Notes: a model not told the origin generated them from the sequence alone. Counted from the stretch's first letter, positions 38,565-45,904 are shown. The stretch: DNA of 64,000 nucleotides from Eubacteriales bacterium (GCA_045596965.1 JAZODI010000029.1:20779-84778); one strand, 5' to 3'. Program-made: numbers and translations.

Positions 38565-38781
38565 TATATCATCACGACGCAGTCGTGTATATCATCAACA
38601 CGGCGTTGCCGTGTTGTATCTCATCACACCGTTAAGTGTGCATTAAAAATTTGTCGGCTTGATGATATACAAAACTTCGTTTTGATGATATGCAATTCCT
38701 GCGGAATTGATGATATACAATGCTCCGCATTGATTTTTCGTTGTTTCTATGCTATAATACACTCAAGGCGGTGATGATATG
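38565..38781. repeat. nested inverted array of a 10-mer, with a different mini-palindrome in every spacer
   Basis: Forward TATATCATCA copies at 38565, 38588 and 38617 (the third degenerate). Inverted TGATGATAT(A/G)C copies at 38660, 38683, 38708 and 38772. Confidence 0.8.
38730..38758 (+). promoter_or_regulatory. sigma-A promoter of the 172-aa ORF (copy 2 of the promoter module)
   Basis: TTGATT, 17-nt spacer, TATAAT. 38 of 46 nt identical to 48828-48873. Confidence 0.55.
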
Positions 38782-39297
38782 AAAAAGAAAAGAATTGCTT
38801 TGGTTGTTATTGGTGTTATTGTAATTCTTCTTGCAATAAATTTTTTTGTCAATGGTTTTGAATTTTCTATTTACGGTGTCTGCAGTTTTAATTCGAAATA
38901 TTATGATTCTCCAAAAATCGCTTTTGAACAAAATGAGGAAATAGACATTTCGGAAGATATAGGAATAGCTGAAATTGATTCGCATAATGTGATGTATTTT
39001 GCTAAAACCGAAGATGGAAACATACTTGCTGCTCAGATGAAGTGTAAAAATGACGGCTATTTCTTTGTTGGCGATTATAGTTTGTCTTCTGATTATTCTT
39101 TTGAATCACTTTTGCCTAATGAGTATCCTTTTTCTAAGAACTGTATGTACAAGGAAAATGGTCTATTCAAGTGCAACTTTGAATATTTCATAACCAAAAA
39201 ACTGGTTGATCCGAATATTGAAGGATGCACAGTTAAAAGATTTGATATCGGCACTGATGAAAATTTATATTTTGTATATAAAATTATAGATGAATAA
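38779..39297 (+). CDS. hypothetical membrane-anchored/secreted protein
   Basis: 172 aa. N-terminal 'MKKKRIALVVIGVIVILLAINFF' signal/anchor. No recognisable domain. Its start codon lies inside the last TGATGATATG repeat. Confidence 0.65.
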   Translation: MKKKRIALVVIGVIVILLAINFFVNGFEFSIYGVCSFNSKYYDSPKIAFEQNEEIDISEDIGIAEIDSHNVMYFAKTEDGNILAAQMKCKNDGYFFVGDYSLSSDYSFESLLPNEYPFSKNCMYKENGLFKCNFEYFITKKLVDPNIEGCTVKRFDIGTDENLYFVYKIIDE

Positions 39298-39382
39298 ATT
39301 GACGATAAAAATAATAACTAAAGAAAATCCTCGGTTTTCAGGCACATTTCATTCGTGCCATTAAGTTCAAAACACCCAAACG

Positions 39383-39414
39383 AAAATCCGTTCTCAAAAG
39401 AGAACGGATTTTTT
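39383..39414 (+). terminator. rho-independent terminator
   Basis: Stem 'aaaatccgttctc'/'gagaacggatttt' plus a T-run. Confidence 0.8.
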
Positions 39415-39546
39415 GTTTGTTTTATTCACTATTTATTTTTTATCATTCATTATTCATCAAATAATGAATAATTTCGGTATGGCTTGGACACAAATTATTA
39501 TTTCTTCCTTAAATATGGTTTTTTACTTATATTCTTGATTTTGAGG

Positions 39547-39575
39547 TTGACTGTTTTATATAGATGAGTTATAAT
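39547..39575 (+). promoter_or_regulatory. sigma-A promoter of the riboswitch-led operon
   Basis: TTGACT, 17-nt spacer, TATAAT. Confidence 0.65.
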
Positions 39576-39602
39576 AAAACAAATTAAATACCGATATAAG
39601 AA

Positions 39603-39802
39603 GATACGGTTTGAAAAGTTGTTAGCTGAGTAAATGAAAAAGGGAATCAGGTTCGAATCCTGAACAACCGCCATTACTGTATTTGACTGAATGGAAACAA
39701 AAAGTCCATTGAAGTGTTGGGTAGTAATGCTTGCACTTTGAGAAGGATAGTTTCCCCGGCAATACACATTGCCGCATCATAAGTCAGGAAACCTGCCGTG
39801 TC
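39603..39802 (+). promoter_or_regulatory. cobalamin (B12) riboswitch aptamer
   Basis: Core 'AAAAGGGAATCAGGTTCGAATCCTGAACAACCGCCATTACTGT' and B12 box 'AAGTCAGGAAACCTGCC'. P1 is 'gatacgg' (39603-39609) pairing with 'ccgtgtc' (39796-39802). Confidence 0.85.
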
Positions 39803-39832
39803 TTTTTAGGTTCAACACAACTTTGGTGAGAA

Positions 39833-39887
39833 GAGTGCAACCGATTTATCGCCGCATGGTCGGCTTTGGGTTTGCATTCTTTTTTTA
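39833..39887 (+). terminator. riboswitch expression-platform terminator
   Basis: Outer stem 'gagtgcaacc'/'gggtttgcattc' followed by 'ttttttt'. Confidence 0.6.
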
Positions 39888-39933
39888 ATTGTAAATTCAA
39901 AGCTCTTTTTTGCTATGCTGTTTTAAGTCTGTT

Positions 39934-39972
39934 GTACTCTTTTAACCTATTTGGTTGAAAGAGTATTTTTTT
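39934..39972 (+). terminator. second terminator-like hairpin just upstream of the first ORF's RBS
   Basis: Stem 'gtactcttt'/'aaagagtat' plus 'tttttt'. Confidence 0.5.
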
Positions 39973-39995
39973 ATTTTGTAAAGGAGGGATGATAC

Positions 39996-40301
39996 GTGAC
40001 AAATGAAGAGAAAAAGTCCTTGGCGGAAGAACTTTTACGTCAAAAAGCCAAGGAACTCGGAAGATTGCCTCGTAAAGATGATTTCGATGAACCCACTCGT
40101 TCGCGAATCAAAGCCTTCTTAGGTCCTTGGCCGAGAGCATTGGAAGCTGCAGGACTCAAAGAACCGAGAACGATTTCAAAAAAATCGGAAAAACGCAAAA
40201 AAGCGGCAACCAAATCCAAAAAACAAGCCATTTCGGCTCATCAGAAGTTGGAACGTCGCAGAGCGAAAGCCAACGAGAATAAAGAAAAAACAATTGATTA
40301 A
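39996..40301 (+). CDS. small basic protein with one homing-endonuclease-associated (HNH_repeat-like) motif
   Basis: 101 aa. GTG start after 'aaaggaggg'. 'AKELGRLPRKDDFDE...IKAFLGPWPRALEAAGL' followed by a Lys/Arg-rich tail. Confidence 0.6.
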   Translation: MTNEEKKSLAEELLRQKAKELGRLPRKDDFDEPTRSRIKAFLGPWPRALEAAGLKEPRTISKKSEKRKKAATKSKKQAISAHQKLERRRAKANENKEKTID

Positions 40302-40321
40302 CCAAAAAGGAAAAATCCATT

Positions 40322-43177
40322 ATGAAAAAAAGAGTTTTGAGCTTACTGCTCACATTTGTAATGCTGTTTACAATGATTCCTTCGTCTGCAACAGCAGTCG
40401 ATGAAAACTGTGTATATCTTTCTATCAGTTACGACGGACAGTACATTAATGGCAAAAACGGTAAACCTATCGTTTATTTACCGGTTTCTCTTGATGATAT
40501 TGAAGCAGTTGATCTGACCGAATATGGTCTTGACAATATGCTCTACGATGCAGACGGTGACAGCGATTATGAAACCACCGCACTGCAACTGCTTATTTAC
40601 GCCCACGAAGAACTTTATGGTGGGGATTGGGGTGATGTAAATTTCGATGCACTTCCCGGAAGTTCATATTTCAAGGGCGGTATCTTCGGATTTACCGAAA
40701 ATCTGATGTATTTCCATAACGGAGATTTCCCCGTTGATGAATCTCAATCAAGCGATTGGATGACCGTCGGTGCAACCTCTGATCGAATCATTTTAGAGGC
40801 GGGAGATTTTCTTGATATAGCAAGTTTTGAATGTTTCAGTTTCCTTTGGGATCAGCTTGGCGGATTCCATTTCTTTGCAGATGAAAATGAAAATCTTCTG
40901 CATGATTTCACTGTGGAATCCGGAGAAACTTTGCCCATCAAATTGATGCACTCTTTCTGTGATTTGATGTATGGCGAAGCATATATTTACGGTGCAGCAG
41001 ATTATGATATATATTACGGCAAAACCTACGGCAATGCGGAAGGTACTCTCACTACCGATGGCGACGGCAATGTTGATATCACCATAGATGAACCCGGTAC
41101 ATATTATATGTGGTGTTACGGTGCGAATGGTTCGGATGATGGCACACACGGCAGTTGCGACCATTACTTTGAAACCGGAGAACCTTGTATTGTATCCGCA
41201 CCCGGTTTTGCTAAGATTACCGTTAATGGCGGAGCATCATCCGAAACAACTCGTGAACCGCAGGATGTTAGCGCTGTATTAAACGCAACGTTAGCACAAC
41301 TTGCAAACACCGTGACTGTTCCTTCCTTTGGTACAAATGCGGGTGAATGGACGGTATTCAGCCTTGCACGCGGCGAATATTTTGCGAATGATAACGCTTA
41401 TTTTACCGATTATTATGATCGAATCGTAGAAACGGTTAATGAAACCGCTTCGAGCGTTAATCTGAACGGTGCTCTTGATAAAAATAAATCCACCGAAAAC
41501 TCTCGCCTTATTGTTGCTCTTTCCGCTATCGGTAAGGATGCAACCTCGGTTGGTGATTGGAACTTAGTTGAGGCATACAGCGCAAACGGAATCAATTGGA
41601 TCAAAAAACAGGGCATTAACGGTACAATATGGACGCTTATCGCTCTTGATTCAAACGATTATGCAACCTCGGATACAACAATTCGACAGCAGTGTGTAGA
41701 TTCAATCCTGTCGGCACGTCATAACGATGGCGGTTTTTCTTTGGTGACAGCAAAAGCACAGCCCTCAAACGTTGATATCACCTGTATGACCTTGACTGCA
41801 CTTTATCCTTACCGTGACAGAGAAGATGTTGCTACTGCTTGTGCAGAAGCGATCGAGTGGTTATCTGCTTCACAGCTTTCTACCGGCGGATTCCCTTACG
41901 GAAACGGTGAGACCTCTGAAAGCTGTGCGTGGGCAATCGTTGCTCTGACTACTTGGGGTATCAATCCCGATACGGACGCTCGTTTTATTAAAAATAGTAA
42001 CTCTTGCGTTGATAATCTCTTGACATACTATGTAGAAGCAGACAGAATGTTTGCTCATCAAGGAACTGAGTCAAATGCTATGGCTACCGATCAGGCTTGC
42101 TATGCGCTCGTTGCGTATAACCGTTTTGTAAAGGGCAAAACCGCCCTTTATGACTATAGTGACGTTACTTTTGATGAAAGTGAGGTCATTATCGGCAAAC
42201 CTAAAGCAACACTTGGACTTCCCTCTCAAATTACCGATGATACTGGAAAAACCTTTAACGCTACCATTTATCTTGATCAGTGGGATAATGCTGCAGGGTA
42301 TAAACTGATTGACTTTGTAATGAATGTGCCTGCCGGTTTAAGTGTTACAAATGTTACCTCAGGCAACCGTCTCGTCGGCGGTACGGTCAATTATAACCTT
42401 GAAGCCGATACCGGCAAGCTTCGTGTCGTTTATTTTGATGCAAACAATCATAGCGATATTACTATTACAAACAATGAAGGCGGAAATGCTTTTCCTGCAT
42501 TGTTCTTTACCGTAACATTCGAGGTTAACGATGTAAGTGTTGGTGATAAGTTAGGCGTTAGCCTTGGTGGTATGTCGATTAAACGTAACTCCGATTCTAC
42601 TGACGAAAATGCTATGGTGGTTGTAGATACTGCAAAAGCAGGCGGTAACATTGACGTTGTACAAGGCATTTCTTACAGCGCAGTTTGCCTTTACATCGGC
42701 GATGATATTGACCTCATTCCCTCTACCAAAAAAGCTGTAGCTGTTTCGGTGGTTGGTATCGAGAATGTTACGAAACTTAATTTTAACGACGGCACGAATG
42801 CTTATGAATTTAAGTATAGTGCAGAAATTTCTGAAAAAACAGGCGTTGCAACCTATGTTGCGTTGGTAGACGCTTCTATCGAAATGACTCAGTTTGTAAA
42901 CAAGTCAAACTTTGCTTTCACAGAAGTAAGCGCAAGCGAGATTACATTCGGTGATTCCAATGGTGATGGTGTTATCAATGCGCAGGATGCTCTTGCGGGT
43001 GTTGACACCTGGCTTCGTAAAACCGATGCTCCGACTGATGATGAGATTTTGGCACTCAACGTAAACAGCGACGGCCGTATCAATACCTTTGATGCTTTGG
43101 GGATCGTAGAAGCGTTTGTTAACGATAGTGAGTATCTTATTGTTACCAAAGCGGCAACCCTTAGTACAAACAATTAA
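40322..43177 (+). CDS. secreted multidomain protein: N-terminal beta-rich region, prenyltransferase/terpene-cyclase-like alpha/alpha toroid, cohesin-like domain, C-terminal dockerin
   Basis: 951 aa. Signal peptide 'MKKRVLSLLLTFVMLFTMIPSSATA'. Toroid repeats 'AGEWTVFSLARG', 'NGTIWTLIALDS', 'HNDGGFSL...TCMTLTALYPY', 'STGGFPYG...SCAWAIVALTTWG', 'ATDQACYALVAY'. Dockerin 'DSNGDGVINAQDAL...NVNSDGRINTFDAL'. Confidence 0.85.
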   Translation: MKKRVLSLLLTFVMLFTMIPSSATAVDENCVYLSISYDGQYINGKNGKPIVYLPVSLDDIEAVDLTEYGLDNMLYDADGDSDYETTALQLLIYAHEELYGGDWGDVNFDALPGSSYFKGGIFGFTENLMYFHNGDFPVDESQSSDWMTVGATSDRIILEAGDFLDIASFECFSFLWDQLGGFHFFADENENLLHDFTVESGETLPIKLMHSFCDLMYGEAYIYGAADYDIYYGKTYGNAEGTLTTDGDGNVDITIDEPGTYYMWCYGANGSDDGTHGSCDHYFETGEPCIVSAPGFAKITVNGGASSETTREPQDVSAVLNATLAQLANTVTVPSFGTNAGEWTVFSLARGEYFANDNAYFTDYYDRIVETVNETASSVNLNGALDKNKSTENSRLIVALSAIGKDATSVGDWNLVEAYSANGINWIKKQGINGTIWTLIALDSNDYATSDTTIRQQCVDSILSARHNDGGFSLVTAKAQPSNVDITCMTLTALYPYRDREDVATACAEAIEWLSASQLSTGGFPYGNGETSESCAWAIVALTTWGINPDTDARFIKNSNSCVDNLLTYYVEADRMFAHQGTESNAMATDQACYALVAYNRFVKGKTALYDYSDVTFDESEVIIGKPKATLGLPSQITDDTGKTFNATIYLDQWDNAAGYKLIDFVMNVPAGLSVTNVTSGNRLVGGTVNYNLEADTGKLRVVYFDANNHSDITITNNEGGNAFPALFFTVTFEVNDVSVGDKLGVSLGGMSIKRNSDSTDENAMVVVDTAKAGGNIDVVQGISYSAVCLYIGDDIDLIPSTKKAVAVSVVGIENVTKLNFNDGTNAYEFKYSAEISEKTGVATYVALVDASIEMTQFVNKSNFAFTEVSASEITFGDSNGDGVINAQDALAGVDTWLRKTDAPTDDEILALNVNSDGRINTFDALGIVEAFVNDSEYLIVTKAATLSTNN

Positions 43178-43185
43178 TGCAGATG

Positions 43186-43221
43186 TTTAAGGGGGTGGGA
43201 GAACACTCCCACCCCCTTAAA
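43186..43221 (+). promoter_or_regulatory. GC-rich intra-operon stem-loop (attenuator or processing site?)
   Basis: 16-bp perfect stem 'tttaagggggtgggag'/'ctcccacccccttaaa' with loop 'aaca' and only a weak T tail. Confidence 0.5.
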
Positions 43222-43245
43222 CTGCTTTTCAAAAGGAGAACAATT

Positions 43246-43872
43246 ATGAGCAAAAGACCTATGAACCCCAAAGCGAAAAAGAAACTGATTATCTGTATCA
43301 GCGCCGGAGTACTTGCTCTTTTGTTGATACTTTTTCTCCTTTTAACGAATTGGGATAAGATTGCAGGTGGTACACCCACTCTTGCTATTGAAACACCGCA
43401 AAAAATCAGCAAGACCGCAACAGAAGAATTCACACTTGACGTAACCATTTCATCCTTTGGTAATGCGATCTATCCTGCGGCAAGTATGAGCATATCCTTT
43501 GATTCTTCACGACTCGAGTTTATCGGTTTGGAAGAAGGGAACGTGTTTATTCGCAACGACGAGGGTGAGATTCCGCAAAAGCTTCCCGAATGGAGTTGTA
43601 ACCCTGAACAATGCAACAAGTCCGGCAAGATCAACATTATGTATCTTGATACAACGGGTGGTAAAAATGCTTTTATCAAGGAACTTCTTGCAGAGGACGA
43701 TAACGTAGTGTTACGCCTTAAATTCCGTCTGCGTGGAAGTGTGCGAAACGGTGATGTTTGCGATTTGATTTTTGACGATGCAATTTTTGCAGCATCGGAT
43801 GAAACCGAAAGTCTTGCAATGACAACCGATACATTAAAAGTAAGAGACGGCAAGATTGTGATAGGAGAATGA
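43246..43872 (+). CDS. membrane-anchored cohesin-like domain protein
   Basis: N-terminal TM 'LIICISAGVLALLLILFLLL', then the cohesin-type pattern 'FTLDVTISS...MSISFDSSRLEFIGLEEGNVF...INIMYLD...VVLRLKFRL'. The ORF opens at 43177; the ATG at 43246 has RBS 'aaaggag'. Confidence 0.7.
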   Translation: MSKRPMNPKAKKKLIICISAGVLALLLILFLLLTNWDKIAGGTPTLAIETPQKISKTATEEFTLDVTISSFGNAIYPAASMSISFDSSRLEFIGLEEGNVFIRNDEGEIPQKLPEWSCNPEQCNKSGKINIMYLDTTGGKNAFIKELLAEDDNVVLRLKFRLRGSVRNGDVCDLIFDDAIFAASDETESLAMTTDTLKVRDGKIVIGE

Positions 43873-45011
43873 AAATGAAGCGAATAACGAGTTTAATTTT
43901 AACGTTTATTTTTCTGCTGTCTCTTACAGCGTGTAGCGGAAACTTCGCACAGGTGGATCTGAAAGAGCCAATTACACTATCGGAAGACGGTATCGTTGAA
44001 AAGAGTGTGTTAGATGAGGTTAAAGACGAAAATGCTATTGCCACTTTTACGGGCAAATCCGGCGATATAAAATATGAATGGACGATTTTCGGCAGCGACC
44101 TTGTTGACGTAAGGGATGTAAACTTATCTCTTGTTTTAGAGAAAACCGAAAGAGGCATTGGAATTAAATTCTCCGAAACAGAGGATTTGGGATTTTCTGC
44201 TCTTTTGTCAATTCATTTGAATGAAAAATGGAAGGTAGACAGCGCTACCGCTTTTGACGGTGACACTGCCATATATTCTGTTTCCGTTACGGGAAGCAAA
44301 ACAAGTATCTTAAATATATCAGTCAATAAGATTGTAGCCGAGTGCGAAATTCTTCCCGATAACATAAAACCAACGGGAAGCACACCCTTCAACGACTCGG
44401 AAACACAGGATAAAGATGATAGGGACGGCTTTGAAACAAACAAAACAGACGATTATCTTTCCGATGTAAAGAATAATGACGATCGTGTGTATTCTGATGG
44501 TCAAAGCACATTGAAAGATAAGTATGAAACAGACCCCGTTCCCGAAGGAAAGCCGATGCCTGTAGAACCCGAAGATCAGGAAGTAAATAAGAATAAGTCG
44601 TATACTTGTACATTCTCCATTGAATGTTCAACCATACTCAACAATCTAAAAGACCTTGATCCCGATAAACGTGAGCTTGTTCCCTCAAATGGTGTGATTT
44701 TGGCACCTACAAAGGTTACTTTCTATGAGGGCGAATCGGTATTTGATGTATTACAGCGAATTTGCAAAGAAAAAGGAATTCATTTGGAATCTTCTTGGAC
44801 GCCAATTTATAACAGCGCTTATGTAGAAGGAATACACAATCTTTATGAATTTGATTGCGGTGCACTTTCGGGATGGATGTACCGTGTGGACGGTTGGTAT
44901 CCTAATTACGGTTGCTCTCGTTATCAGCTTAAAGATGGTGAAAAGGTGGAATGGCGTTACACCTGCGACCTTGGAAAAGACGTCGGTTGTGATTGGTTGG
45001 CGGGGTCATAA
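43869..45011 (+). CDS. lipoprotein with C-terminal DUF4430 (transcobalamin-like C-terminal) domain
   Basis: 380 aa. Lipobox 'LLSLTAC'. C-terminal 'VTFYEGESVFDVLQRICKEKGIHLE...GALSGWMYRVDGWYPNYGCSRYQLKDGEKVEWRYT'. Confidence 0.8.
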   Translation: MKMKRITSLILTFIFLLSLTACSGNFAQVDLKEPITLSEDGIVEKSVLDEVKDENAIATFTGKSGDIKYEWTIFGSDLVDVRDVNLSLVLEKTERGIGIKFSETEDLGFSALLSIHLNEKWKVDSATAFDGDTAIYSVSVTGSKTSILNISVNKIVAECEILPDNIKPTGSTPFNDSETQDKDDRDGFETNKTDDYLSDVKNNDDRVYSDGQSTLKDKYETDPVPEGKPMPVEPEDQEVNKNKSYTCTFSIECSTILNNLKDLDPDKRELVPSNGVILAPTKVTFYEGESVFDVLQRICKEKGIHLESSWTPIYNSAYVEGIHNLYEFDCGALSGWMYRVDGWYPNYGCSRYQLKDGEKVEWRYTCDLGKDVGCDWLAGS

Positions 45012-45904
45012 TGATGCGTGACAGTTTTACAGATTATCATCCATTTATTAACCTTTTATATTTTTCATTGGTGATCGGGTTTTCCCTTGCGCTGAGTCAC
45101 CCTTTGGCACAAGGCATTGCCCTTATTTGTGCGTGTGCTTACGCCATTAGCATAGACGGTAGAAAAAGTGTTTTATTTCTGCTGAAATACTGTTTACCGA
45201 CGGTGCTTTTAACCGCATTTATTAATCCCGCCTTTAACCACGAAGGAACCACCATTTTGCTCTATTTCAGTAACGACAATCCGCTTACTTTGGAAAGCAT
45301 CTTATATGGTATCTCGGCAGGTGCTATGCTTGTGACACTATTACTTTGGTTTTCTTCTTTTAATCGAGTAATGACGTCGGACAAGTTTATTTACCTGTTC
45401 GGCAAAATAATTCCGGCGTTGTCTCTTGTGCTGAGTATGTCCCTGCGGTTTGTACCGAAGTTCAAATCACAGATGGCAAGTGTTACCGAAGCACAACGAA
45501 GTATCGGTAGGGATGTATCACACGGTAGTTTTTGGAGCCGAACGAAAACGGCTATTCTCATTTTCTCCATTGTGATTACTTGGTCCCTTGAGAACGCTAT
45601 CGAAACGGCAGACAGTATGAAAAGCCGTGGCTACGGACTAGAAGGACGAACCGCTTTTTCTATTTACCGCTTTGACGAGCGTGACAAATATGTTCTTATT
45701 TGGTTTGGGTTTTGTGGTCTGTTCTTGCTTTCGGGCACAATGCTGATGGCGTTTGGATTTCGTTATTTCCCGAATATTCGCTATGCCGCATTTGATTTGA
45801 CAACGATACCGTTTTACTGCGTATATTTTGCCCTTTGCATTACCCCTGTTGTACTAAATTTGAAGGAGGAGAGAAAATGGAAAACTTTAGTTTCAAAAAT
45901 GTAA
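45011..45904 (+). CDS. ecfT: ECF transporter transmembrane (T) component, CbiQ/EcfT family
   Basis: Polytopic protein. The 'SMSLRFVP' and 'AIETADSMKSRG' coupling-helix region is typical of EcfT/CbiQ. The ATG overlaps the upstream stop (taATG). Confidence 0.8.
   Translation: MMRDSFTDYHPFINLLYFSLVIGFSLALSHPLAQGIALICACAYAISIDGRKSVLFLLKYCLPTVLLTAFINPAFNHEGTTILLYFSNDNPLTLESILYGISAGAMLVTLLLWFSSFNRVMTSDKFIYLFGKIIPALSLVLSMSLRFVPKFKSQMASVTEAQRSIGRDVSHGSFWSRTKTAILIFSIVITWSLENAIETADSMKSRGYGLEGRTAFSIYRFDERDKYVLIWFGFCGLFLLSGTMLMAFGFRYFPNIRYAAFDLTTIPFYCVYFALCITPVVLNLKEERKWKTLVSKM

Noticed and set aside
37975-38774. ORF-track entries 37975-38232 (85 aa), 38133-38396 (87 aa, minus strand) and 38325-38774 (149 aa) as protein-coding genes
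   Set aside because: None has an RBS. They run through consensus promoters, terminators and the hairpin array. Their translations are low-complexity or Cys/Arg-rich with no motifs. They are better explained as non-coding.
38545-38781. Possible CRISPR array, given short repeats separated by spacers
   Set aside because: The repeat is only ~10 nt and occurs in both orientations. The spacers are 13-18-nt palindromes. No cas genes are in the window. It is reported instead as an unexplained repeat structure.
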